64,000 nt of DNA from an uncultured Methylomirabilota bacterium (GTDB lineage Bacteria; Methylomirabilota; Methylomirabilia; Methylomirabilales; 2-02-FULL-66-22). The DNA is taken from positions 3,424,001-3,488,000 of the forward strand of contig OY970067.1 of the NCBI GenBank assembly GCA_963705305.1, written 5' to 3'. Below are positions 9,999 through 18,505 of the stretch, one piece after another. The stretch's first letter is position 1. Each line of letters opens with the position of its first letter. A program made the position numbers and the translations under genes. The notes below the pieces were generated by a model. It was not told where the DNA came from and did no database searches. It saw only the letters and a program-made list of their open reading frames with translations.

Positions 9999-10517
9999 CC
10001 GTCGGTCCTGCGACGGGCGCGGCACATCCGGCTGCTGGTCCTGGACGTGGATGGGGTCCTGACCGACGGGCGTCTGGTGTATGGCCCGACCGGCGAGGTC
10101 CAGATGGTTTTTCACGTGCACGACGGGCAGGGACTGAAATTGGCGCTGGACTGCGGCCTGGAGGTGGCCATCGTCACCGGCCGGGAATCTCCTATGCTGG
10201 CCCGGCGAGCGGCGGAGCTGGGCATCACGGAGCTGCATCAGGCCGTGGCGAACAAGCTGCCGGTGTGGGAGGAGCTGTTGAGACGCCGCGGCCTGGCCCC
10301 GTCCCAGGTCGCCTGCATCGGCGACGACCTGGGGGATCTCCCCATGCTGCGGCGGGCGGGCTTGGCCATCACCGTTCCCGGGGCCGTCACCGACGTGCGG
10401 GCAGCCTCCCACTACATCACCGGTCGGCCGGGCGGCCAGGGGGCGGTGCGGGAGTCGGTGGAGCTCGTGCTCAGAGCTGGCGGGCACTGGAAGAGGATCC
10501 TGGAGGGCTACCGATGA
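9900..10517 (+). CDS. kdsC: KDO 8-phosphate phosphatase (HAD family)
   Basis: LDVDGVLTDG, F.VHDG.G, IGDDLGD, GG.GAVRE motifs; alternative start 9921. Confidence 0.93.
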   Translation: MRNGECGMRNGKSGRASRPVKQFEFRSSNFEISPSVLRRARHIRLLVLDVDGVLTDGRLVYGPTGEVQMVFHVHDGQGLKLALDCGLEVAIVTGRESPMLARRAAELGITELHQAVANKLPVWEELLRRRGLAPSQVACIGDDLGDLPMLRRAGLAITVPGAVTDVRAASHYITGRPGGQGAVRESVELVLRAGGHWKRILEGYR

Positions 10518-12307
10518 CGCCTCTGCAGGTCTTCCGTGGGATCGGCGTGTCACCGGGAATCGCGGTCGGCAAGGCCTTGGTCCTGGAGATGCGGCGCCCC
10601 CGCGCCAAGCGAGTTCCGCTGGTGCCGGAGCAGGTCGCCGCGGAGGTGGCGCGTCTGCGCCAGGCCTTGGAGACCTCCCGCCGCCAGATTCAGGAGATCC
10701 AGGAGCGGATCGGCAACGAGATCGGAACGCAGTACGCTCGCATCTTCGATGCCCACCTGATGATCTTGCAGGATCGCCTGCTGGCGGAGGAGGCCACGGC
10801 CTACATCCAGTCCAGGGCGGTGAACGCCGAGTACGCCGTCCAGGAAGTGTTGGAGCCGGTGCGGCAGGCCTTCTCGCGGCTGGAGGACGGGTACCTGCGC
10901 GACCGGCGCACGGACGTGGACGATGTGGGGGATCGGATCCTGCGCAACCTGCTGGGCCAGCGCCCGGGGCTCAAGATCGACCGGCCCGGAGAGAGCATCC
11001 TGCTGGCCCAGGACCTCAGCCCCTCGGAGACGGCGCTCTTGCCCCGCGGGGCCGTCCTGGGCATCGTGACCGAGACCGGAGGGCGGACATCGCACAGCGC
11101 CATCCTGGCCCGCTCGCTGGAGATCCCGGCCGTGGTGGGGGTGGAGACCGTGTGCGGCCACGTCAGCAACCTCACCCCGGTGATCCTGGACGGGACGGAG
11201 GGTCTGGTCATCCTCAATCCCGACCGGGAGACGCTGGCGCACTACCACGGGCGCAAGCAGCACCTGGAATACGTGGATCGATCCCTGCACAAGCTGGTGG
11301 CCTTGCCGGCCGAGACGCAGGACGGCTATCTGGTGCGGGTCAGCGCCAACATCGAGTTTCCGGAAGAGGTGGGACAGGCCAAGGCCCACGGGGCCGAAGG
11401 GGTGGGGCTGTACCGCAGCGAGTTCCTGTATCTGAACCGCACCGATCTCCCGACGGAAGAGGAGCATGTGGCGGTCTATCGAGCGGTGGCCGCCGAGATG
11501 CATCCCCGCCCGACCGTGATCCGCACCCTGGACTTCGGCGGCGGCAAGCTGGCCTCCGCCATCCAGCTGCCCGACGAGGAGAACCCCTCGCTGGGCCTGC
11601 GCGCCATCCGCTTGTGCCTCCACCACCCGGATCTGTTCCGGACCCAATTGCGGGGGATCCTCCGCGCCAGCGCCTTCGGGACGCTGCGCATCATGTACCC
11701 GATGGTCTCCGGGGTGGCGGAGGTGCGGGAGGCCAACGCCATGCTGACGGAGGTCAAGGCCGAGCTCGCGCGGGAGGGGCTCCCCTTCGACTCGGACATC
11801 CGGGTCGGCGCCATGATCGAGATCCCTTCGGCGGCGGTGATCGCCGACCTGCTGGCCCGGGAAGTGGACTTCTTCAGCATCGGCACCAACGACCTGATCC
11901 AGTACGCCCTGGCCATCGACCGGATCAACGAGCAGGTCGCCTACCTGTACGAGCCCCTGCACCCGGCGGTCCTCCGCATGTTGCGCAACGTGATGAGCGC
12001 CGCCCACAACGAGGGGATCTGGGTGGCCATGTGCGGCGAGATGGCCAGCGATCCCCTCCACGGTCTGCTGTTGGTCGGGCTGGGCTTCGACGAGCTCTCC
12101 ATGACCCCGTCCTCCATCCCGTTGATGAAGCGGATCATCCGCTCCGTGACCTACGGCGAGGCTGCGGAGGTGGCCCAGCGCGTCTTCGGGTGCGCCACGG
12201 CGCCGGAGGTGGAGCACGTGTTGCGCCGGGAGATGCGGGCCCGCTTCCCGGAATATTTCGCCGGCGAGCCGCCCTCGGACGCGGACGCCGGCCCGGGTTT
12301 TCCTTGA
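10514..12307 (+). CDS. ptsI: PEP-protein phosphotransferase (PTS enzyme I)
   Basis: [12 protein letters not shown] phospho-His motif, [23 protein letters not shown] overlap with kdsC. Confidence 0.96.
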   Translation: MTPLQVFRGIGVSPGIAVGKALVLEMRRPRAKRVPLVPEQVAAEVARLRQALETSRRQIQEIQERIGNEIGTQYARIFDAHLMILQDRLLAEEATAYIQSRAVNAEYAVQEVLEPVRQAFSRLEDGYLRDRRTDVDDVGDRILRNLLGQRPGLKIDRPGESILLAQDLSPSETALLPRGAVLGIVTETGGRTSHSAILARSLEIPAVVGVETVCGHVSNLTPVILDGTEGLVILNPDRETLAHYHGRKQHLEYVDRSLHKLVALPAETQDGYLVRVSANIEFPEEVGQAKAHGAEGVGLYRSEFLYLNRTDLPTEEEHVAVYRAVAAEMHPRPTVIRTLDFGGGKLASAIQLPDEENPSLGLRAIRLCLHHPDLFRTQLRGILRASAFGTLRIMYPMVSGVAEVREANAMLTEVKAELAREGLPFDSDIRVGAMIEIPSAAVIADLLAREVDFFSIGTNDLIQYALAIDRINEQVAYLYEPLHPAVLRMLRNVMSAAHNEGIWVAMCGEMASDPLHGLLLVGLGFDELSMTPSSIPLMKRIIRSVTYGEAAEVAQRVFGCATAPEVEHVLRREMRARFPEYFAGEPPSDADAGPGFP

Positions 12308-12331
12308 CTTTCGGTCACCCTGTGTTAGAGT
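12304..12331 (+). promoter_or_regulatory. Putative sigma70 promoter of metK
   Basis: TTGACT-N16-TAGAGT with extended -10 TG. Confidence 0.5.
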
Positions 12332-12386
12332 CACGCCGCTCGAAAAGGGGACAATGACCTGGTGCTCTCAGCAGGAGGGAATTTCC

Positions 12387-13547
12387 GTGCCGTCACGACA
12401 ATATCTGTTCACCTCGGAGTCGGTCACCGAGGGCCATCCCGATAAGATCGCCGACCAGATCTCCGATGCGGTGCTGGATGCCGTGTTCAGCCAGGACCCC
12501 TACGGCCGCGTGGCCTGCGAGACCTTGGTGACCACCGGGCTGGCCTTCATCGCGGGAGAGATCACGACCAACTGCTACGTGGATATCCCGAAGGTGGCGC
12601 GCGAAGTGATCCGCGACGTGGGATACACGCGGGCCAAGTACGGCTTCGACTACGAGACCTGTTCGGTGATCACCGCCATCCAGGAGCAGTCCTCCGACAT
12701 CGCCCTGGGGGTGGATGTGCAGGGGGCCGGCGACCAGGGGCTGATGTTCGGCTACGCCACCACCGAGACCGCCGAATTGATGCCCATGCCCATCATGCTG
12801 GCCCACAAGCTGGTCATGCGGCTCACCGAGGTGCGACGCAAAGAGATCCTGCATTACCTTCGGCCCGACGGCAAATCCCAGGTCACGGTAGAGTACACCG
12901 ACGGGAAGCCGAGCCGCGTGGATACCGTGGTGATCTCGACCCAGCACAGCCCCGAGGTGAACCTGAAGCAGATCCGGGAGGACGTGATCGAGACGGTCAT
13001 CCTGCCCGTGCTGCCCCCGGAGCTGCTGGATCCGGAGCGGGTCACCTACCACATCAACCCCACGGGCCGGTTCGTGATCGGCGGCCCCCACGGGGATACG
13101 GGCCTCACCGGACGGAAGATCATCGTCGACACCTACGGCGGGGTGGGCAGCCATGGTGGCGGCTGCTTCTCGGGAAAGGACCCGACGAAGGTGGATCGGT
13201 CCGCGTCCTACATGGCCCGCTACATTGCCAAGAACCTGGTGGCGGCGGGCCTCTGCGACACGTGCGAGGTCCAGCTCGCCTACGCCATCGGCGTGGCCGA
13301 CCCGGTCTCCATCATGGTCGACAGCCGCGGCACCGGCCGCATCCCCGACGAGGAGATGCAGAAGCTGGTGCGCGCGCACTTCGAGCTGACGCCGGCCGGG
13401 ATCATCAAGCAGCTCGACCTGCGGCGGCCCATCTTCCGGAAGACCGCCGCGTACGGCCATTTTGGGCGGAGCGAGCCGGAGTTCACCTGGGAGCGGACCG
13501 ACAAGGCGGACGCGCTGAAGAAAGATGCCGGACGCCTGGGCGCGTGA
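12387..13547 (+). CDS. metK: S-adenosylmethionine synthetase
   Basis: [36 protein letters not shown] before GTG 12387. Confidence 0.98.
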   Translation: MPSRQYLFTSESVTEGHPDKIADQISDAVLDAVFSQDPYGRVACETLVTTGLAFIAGEITTNCYVDIPKVAREVIRDVGYTRAKYGFDYETCSVITAIQEQSSDIALGVDVQGAGDQGLMFGYATTETAELMPMPIMLAHKLVMRLTEVRRKEILHYLRPDGKSQVTVEYTDGKPSRVDTVVISTQHSPEVNLKQIREDVIETVILPVLPPELLDPERVTYHINPTGRFVIGGPHGDTGLTGRKIIVDTYGGVGSHGGGCFSGKDPTKVDRSASYMARYIAKNLVAAGLCDTCEVQLAYAIGVADPVSIMVDSRGTGRIPDEEMQKLVRAHFELTPAGIIKQLDLRRPIFRKTAAYGHFGRSEPEFTWERTDKADALKKDAGRLGA

Positions 13548-13554
13548 TCCGGGG

Positions 13555-13797
13555 GAATGGACAGTCTAAAACCCACAACGGACAATTGACAACCGGGCAA
13601 TTGGCCGGTTTTGAATTGTTGGGTGTCCATTCTTCATTGCAGAATGCAGGGCGGGGCCAGGGGATGAAGCGGTCTCCTGGCTTTTTGTGTGAACAGAACT
13701 GGAAAATGTAGAACGGACAACTGACAACCGTCAACCACGAACCAGACGCGGTTGGCCGGTTTTGAATTGTCGGTTGTCAGTTTTTCATTGTCGGCAT
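13555..13797. repeat. Two related AT-richer hairpin units built from ACAAYYG-like heptamers, flanking a terminator
   Basis: TTGGCCGGTTTTGAATTGT exact at 13601 and 13752; AACGGACAAYTGACAACCG twice; inverted pairs 13555-63/13624-32 and 13719-30/13771-82. Confidence 0.8.
13656..13686 (+). terminator. Intrinsic terminator after metK
   Basis: GCCAGGGGA/TCTCCTGGC stem followed by TTTTT. Confidence 0.6.
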
Positions 13798-13808
13798 TGG
13801 AGGCCGCC

Positions 13809-15065
13809 ATGAACTACGACGTGAAGGATGTCGGCTTGACCGAGAAGGGTGTGCGCCGGATCGAGTGGGCGCGGAGCAACATGCCGGTCCTCTGCATGAT
13901 CGAGGAGCGGTTTGCCAAGGAGCGGCCGCTGGCGGGCATGCGGATCTCGGCCTGCCTGCACGTCACGACCGAGACGGCCAATCTGATGCGCGCCCTGAAG
14001 GCGGGGGGAGCGGAGATCCGGCTGTGCGCCAGCAACCCGCTGAGCACCCAGGACGATGTGGCCGCCGCCCTGGTGCAGACCTTCAGGATCGCCGTCTTCG
14101 CCATCCGGGGCGAGGACAAGGAGACCTACTACAAGCACATCCACGCCTCCCTGGACTTGAAGCCCAACCTCACCATGGACGACGGCGCCGACACCATCGG
14201 GGTCATCCACAGCCAGCGCACAGATCTGGCCGCCGGGGTGATTGCCGGAACCGAGGAAACCACCACCGGCGTCATCCGGCTCAAGAGCATGGAGAAGGCC
14301 GGGGTCCTCCTGTACCCCATCATCGCCGTGAACGACGCCGACACCAAGCACTTCTTCGACAACCGGTACGGCACGGGCCAGAGCACGGTGGACGGCATCC
14401 TCCGGGCCACCAACCTGCTCTTGGCGGGCAAGCGGTTCGTCGTCTGCGGCTACGGGTGGTGCGGGCGCGGCGTGGCCATGCGGGCCCGCGGGATGGGCGC
14501 CAACGTCATCGTGGTGGAGACCGATCCCCTGAAGGCCCTGGAGGCGGTCATGGACGGCTACACCGTCCTCCCCATGCTGGAGGCGGCCCGGCATGGAGAG
14601 ATCTTTGTCACCGTGACGGGAAACATCCACATCCTCCGCAAAGAGCATTTCGCCGTGATGCGGGACGGGGCGGTGGTGTGCAATTCCGGCCACTTCAACG
14701 TGGAGATCGACATTCCGGCCCTGGAGGCCCTCTCCACTTCGCATGCCCGTATGCGGGACGAGGTGGAGGGGTACCAGTTCAAGGACGGGCGGCGCATCTA
14801 CCTGCTCTCCGAGGGGCGCCTGATCAACCTGGCGGCGGCCGAGGGGCATCCGGCCAGCGTCATGGACATGTCCTTCGCCAACCAGGCGCTGGCGTCGGAG
14901 TACGCGGTGAAGAGCCGGGGGAAGCTTGAGAAGAAGGTGCACCGGGTGCCGCGGGCGATCGATGCGGAGATCGCGCGGCTCAAGCTCCAGACCATGGGGG
15001 TGCAGATCAACGTCCTGACCGACGAGCAGCGGAAGTATCTGGAGTCGTGGGAGATGGGGACGTAA
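13809..15065 (+). CDS. ahcY: Adenosylhomocysteinase
   Basis: [58 protein letters not shown]. Confidence 0.98.
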   Translation: MNYDVKDVGLTEKGVRRIEWARSNMPVLCMIEERFAKERPLAGMRISACLHVTTETANLMRALKAGGAEIRLCASNPLSTQDDVAAALVQTFRIAVFAIRGEDKETYYKHIHASLDLKPNLTMDDGADTIGVIHSQRTDLAAGVIAGTEETTTGVIRLKSMEKAGVLLYPIIAVNDADTKHFFDNRYGTGQSTVDGILRATNLLLAGKRFVVCGYGWCGRGVAMRARGMGANVIVVETDPLKALEAVMDGYTVLPMLEAARHGEIFVTVTGNIHILRKEHFAVMRDGAVVCNSGHFNVEIDIPALEALSTSHARMRDEVEGYQFKDGRRIYLLSEGRLINLAAAEGHPASVMDMSFANQALASEYAVKSRGKLEKKVHRVPRAIDAEIARLKLQTMGVQINVLTDEQRKYLESWEMGT

Positions 15066-15109
15066 GGGGCGCAGGGGCGCCGAGGCGCGGGGGAGAACCG
15101 GAGAACCGG

Positions 15110-15142
15110 AGAGCCGGGAGGCAATTGCCTGCCGGCTCTTTT
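15110..15142 (+). terminator. Intrinsic terminator after ahcY, preceded by GGAGAACC octamer repeats
   Basis: AGAGCCGG(G)AGGC-AATT-GCCT(G)CCGGCTCT then TTT. Confidence 0.65.
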
Positions 15143-15164
15143 GCGTTTGCGTGTGCGGGTGTCG

Positions 15165-15195
15165 CTTGACAAGAGGTCAAGGCCCGCGGTACGGT
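15165..15195 (+). promoter_or_regulatory. Putative promoter with a palindrome over the -35 box
   Basis: CTTGAC-AAGAG-GTCAAG dyad (15165-15181) containing TTGACA; TACGGT 18 nt downstream. Confidence 0.45.
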
Positions 15196-15206
15196 TGCTG
15201 CGATTC

Positions 15207-15327
15207 GGCGGTCCCCTGAGGCGCGCACGGGAGGGGAGTCGGAGATGCCGGCCGACCAGAATGGCAATGCGAGCGGCCCCCTGGGAGGTGAACCCCCAGG
15301 GGGCCGATCCGTTTTGACGGGACCGCC
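15207..15327 (+). ncRNA. Candidate structured RNA or leader, family not recognised
   Basis: 9-bp closing stem GGCGGTCCC/GGGACCGCC, inner GTCGG/CCGAC hairpin and 12-bp CGGCCCCCTGGG/CCCAGGGGGCCG hairpin, directly after a promoter-like sequence. Confidence 0.35.
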
Positions 15328-15381
15328 CCCGTTGCTGCCTCCCTGGGGGCGCAATCTGGCAGATGCGGGCGGGAAGATATC

Positions 15382-16134
15382 ATGAGCACGGCCAGGATTT
15401 ACGAGGCGGTGGTTGCCATCGCGCGGCGGGAGTGTCCGGGCGTCCAGGAACATCCGTTGAAGCACCTGGACATCGGCGCCGGCAGGGGAGAGCTCATCGC
15501 CCGATTGGCCACTGCGATACCGCTTGAATCGTTCGCGTGCGACTTTCACGTGGAGCGCTTTCAGGTGCCCGGGGTCCCCATAGAGCGAGTGGATCTCAAC
15601 AGCGAGCCCCTGCCATACGCCGGCGAGGAATTCGACCTCGTCACATGCTCCGAGGTTCTTGAGCATCTGGAGAATCCCCGGGGCGTGCTGCGCGAGATCC
15701 ATCGAGTGCTGAAGCCCGGCGGGCTTTTCATCGTCACGACGCCGAACGTCGCGAATGCCTACTCGCGGGTTCGCTATCTGGTCAGCGGATTTGCGAACCT
15801 GTTCGGCCCCCTGCCGGTGAGAAACGATAAGCGGTACTCAACGGGTGGCCACATCAGCCCGACCCCCTATTTCTATCTCGCCCACGCCCTCCTGGACGCA
15901 GGCTTCGAGGACATCGGGCTTCGCATCGACAAGGTCCAGAAGACGTTGGTGTTCTGGCTTGTCGTGTTGGCCCCGGCGATCGCTCTGGGCTGGCGTTGGT
16001 TTTGGAGTCGTGAGGAGAAGACGTACCGGACCTTGACCGCCGAGAATCGTGCACACGTGTCCCGGCACCTGAGCTGGTCGGTGCTGGTCGGTCGTACCAT
16101 CGTGGTCTCTTGCGGCAAGCGGACCGGCGGCTGA
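15382..16134 (+). CDS. Class I SAM-dependent methyltransferase (Methyltransf_11/23-like)
   Basis: LDIGAGRG, FDLVTCSEVLEHL, LKPGG..IVTTPN. Confidence 0.9.
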   Translation: MSTARIYEAVVAIARRECPGVQEHPLKHLDIGAGRGELIARLATAIPLESFACDFHVERFQVPGVPIERVDLNSEPLPYAGEEFDLVTCSEVLEHLENPRGVLREIHRVLKPGGLFIVTTPNVANAYSRVRYLVSGFANLFGPLPVRNDKRYSTGGHISPTPYFYLAHALLDAGFEDIGLRIDKVQKTLVFWLVVLAPAIALGWRWFWSREEKTYRTLTAENRAHVSRHLSWSVLVGRTIVVSCGKRTGG

Positions 16135-16231
16135 TCTCGATGGGGCCACCGATTTCGCCACACCCGTGATTGGTATCCGGGGGGAGAGGGGTAACAATTG
16201 GTCGATCTGGCAGGGGGAGGCTCGTCCCCCG

Positions 16232-17308
16232 TCAGCCGCGCAGCCGCCACAGCGAGAAGGTCCCGGCGGCCCCGAAGATCAGGTTGGGAAGCCAGGCGGC
16301 GACCAGGGGGGGAAGGACGCCGCCCCGGCCCAGCGCGATGGCCAAGGAGAGGAGCATCCAGTACAAGAATCCCATGGGAATGCAGACGCCCACCCAGATC
16401 ATGACCCCGGCCCGGCCCGTGCGCAGGCCGAAGCTCACCCCGATGAGGGCCATGATCAAGCTGACGAGGGCCGTGGCCACCTTAGCCTGCAGGTCCACCT
16501 GGTAGCGGCGGGTATCCACCCCGCTCTGCGCCAGTCGGCGGATATACCCTCGTAACTGCGTGTAGCTCATCTCTTGCGGAGCGCGCGCGACCCGCGCGAA
16601 CTCCTCGGGACCTTCGCTCAGGGAGGCGGTCATCTGCCGAAACGGCAGGACCCGGACGGGACTGGAGGTCAGATCGAGCTGGTAGCCGTCCCGCAGGATC
16701 CATCCGGTCTTGTTCCAGACGGCTTCCCGCGCGTCCAGCCGCCGCACCAGCTGGAAGTCCGGGGACAGTTCGAAGATGCTGATTCCCTGAATCAACCCGG
16801 ACCGGACCTCGATGAGGGAGATGTGCACAAAGCGGTTTCCCTGGGCTCGGTACCAGATGTCGCTGTCGCGGGTGACCTGGTGGGCGGGGAGGCGATTGAC
16901 CTGGGTGCGCCAGATATTCAGCGCCTGCTCGCTGGCGCCCGGGGCGACATACTCGGCGACACCCCAGGCGGCCAGGCTGGCGGCCACGCCGATGGCGATG
17001 CAGGGAGACGCGATGCGCAGGGTGCTGACCTGCCCCATCTTCATGGCCAGCACCTCGTTGTGGCGGGCCATGCCACCCACGCTCAGCAGCGCGGCCAGGA
17101 GCACTGCCACGGGGAGCACCTGGGTGAAGATGAGGGGGAGATTGGAAAGGTAGTAGGAGACGATGATGCCGAGATGGACTTGGGCCTCGAGAAAGTGGGG
17201 GAACTTCTCAAAGAGATCCACGATCACGTAGACCCCCACGAAGAGGATGAGGCACATCAAGAGCAGCTTCAAGCCTTCTCGGGCGATATACCGATCCAGG
17301 AGACGCAT
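16232..17308 (-). CDS. lptG: LPS export ABC permease LptG
   Basis: MRLLDRYIAR, NEVLAMK, AAWLPNL; 3 TM + periplasmic domain + 3 TM layout; paired with lptF. Confidence 0.9.
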   Translation of the reverse strand: MRLLDRYIAREGLKLLLMCLILFVGVYVIVDLFEKFPHFLEAQVHLGIIVSYYLSNLPLIFTQVLPVAVLLAALLSVGGMARHNEVLAMKMGQVSTLRIASPCIAIGVAASLAAWGVAEYVAPGASEQALNIWRTQVNRLPAHQVTRDSDIWYRAQGNRFVHISLIEVRSGLIQGISIFELSPDFQLVRRLDAREAVWNKTGWILRDGYQLDLTSSPVRVLPFRQMTASLSEGPEEFARVARAPQEMSYTQLRGYIRRLAQSGVDTRRYQVDLQAKVATALVSLIMALIGVSFGLRTGRAGVMIWVGVCIPMGFLYWMLLSLAIALGRGGVLPPLVAAWLPNLIFGAAGTFSLWRLRG

Positions 17309-17312
17309 TCCA

Positions 17313-18482
17313 TCAACCCCGGGAATGGGAAGCGAGGGCCCGGGACATCCATAGGTGCGGAATCGATCTCAGGCGGGCCGGCTGGGTTTCGGCGTGGAGG
17401 AGCAAGAGGGCTCCACCCAGGGCAACCAGGAGGTTGGGCAGCCACATCAAGAGATACTCGGGGGCCCAGCCTCGATCGCCCAGGCCTTCACCCGCCACGA
17501 TCAGCAGGTAGTACCCCAGCGCGCATGCGACCGAGATGGCCAGGCTGATGCCGCGGCCTCCTTTCCGGATCCGGCTGCCGAGGGCGACCCCCACCGCGGT
17601 GAACAGGACGCACGACATGGGAATGGCCAGCTTCTTGTGGAATTCGACCAGAGGAGGATGGTAATTTTGGCCCTGAGCCCGCAGGGACGCGGCCCGCTGG
17701 AGTAGGCCGCTCAGCGTGAGCTCCTGCTCACCCAATTGGCGCTGCATCGGGTCGCTGAGGGCTCGACCGAGATCCAGATTCAGCGCGTAGTCCGCAAAAC
17801 TGATGAGGCGGTAGCGACCGGCCGCCTCCGCCGCCGACAGGTGGATCGTTCCGTGATCCAGTTCGAGGCCCAGCCGTAGATTCGCCGGGTCCGAGGTGAA
17901 GCGGCCGCCCTGAGCCACGATCACCCGGGCCTCCTCGGGATTTCTGGTATCGACGAGGAAGACCCCCCGCATGGCGGATGTCTTGGGATCCAAGTGCTCG
18001 ACGTACAGGATGAGGCCGTCGAAGAGTTCGTTGAAGATGCCCTCCTCGATTCCTGCGCTCACCTGGCGGCGGGTCATGTCGAACACGAGGCCCTTGAAGG
18101 CCTGGTTGCTGTACGGTAGGATCCAGATGCTGATGACCAGGGTGAGCAGCGTGGCCACGCCGCCGAACAGGACGGCGGGTCGGGTGAGACGGGTCAGGCT
18201 CAGGCCGGCTCCGCGCAAGGCCAGGACCTCTCCATCGGCCGCCAGGCGCGTGAACGTCACCAGCGTCGCCAGGAGAACGGACATGGGGATAGTGACCACC
18301 AGCGAATAGGGGAGCATGTAAAGAAAAAGCTGGAGGACCGTCATCACCCCCACGCCCTTGTTGACGATCAACTCGACGAGGCGGAGGATCTTGTTGGTCA
18401 GCAGCACGAAGGTGAAGACCATGAGGCCGATGCCGAAGGCGGCCGTCATCTCCTTCGCGATCGCGCGGTCGAGAATGTTCAT
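17313..18482 (-). CDS. lptF: LPS export ABC permease LptF
   Basis: MNILDRAI.KE, RLAADGEVLALRGAG, GIFNE, EFHKKLAIP, MWLPN. Confidence 0.9.
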   Translation of the reverse strand: MNILDRAIAKEMTAAFGIGLMVFTFVLLTNKILRLVELIVNKGVGVMTVLQLFLYMLPYSLVVTIPMSVLLATLVTFTRLAADGEVLALRGAGLSLTRLTRPAVLFGGVATLLTLVISIWILPYSNQAFKGLVFDMTRRQVSAGIEEGIFNELFDGLILYVEHLDPKTSAMRGVFLVDTRNPEEARVIVAQGGRFTSDPANLRLGLELDHGTIHLSAAEAAGRYRLISFADYALNLDLGRALSDPMQRQLGEQELTLSGLLQRAASLRAQGQNYHPPLVEFHKKLAIPMSCVLFTAVGVALGSRIRKGGRGISLAISVACALGYYLLIVAGEGLGDRGWAPEYLLMWLPNLLVALGGALLLLHAETQPARLRSIPHLWMSRALASHSRG

Positions 18483-18505
18483 GCGTCTTTCCGGATTCCT
18501 TTCCA

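Noticed and set aside
12308..12386. SAM riboswitch upstream of metK
   Set aside because: The leader is short and lacks the SAM-I core motifs
13555..13797. Possible CRISPR mini-array or SAH riboswitch
   Set aside because: Only two units, no regular repeat-spacer period, no cas genes, and no SAH aptamer consensus visible
15207..15327. Assignment as 6S, SRP, 5S or tRNA-Sec
   Set aside because: Too short for 6S; lacks the SRP GGAA/AGCAG loop, 5S motifs and a T-arm or CCA end; kept only as an unassigned candidate
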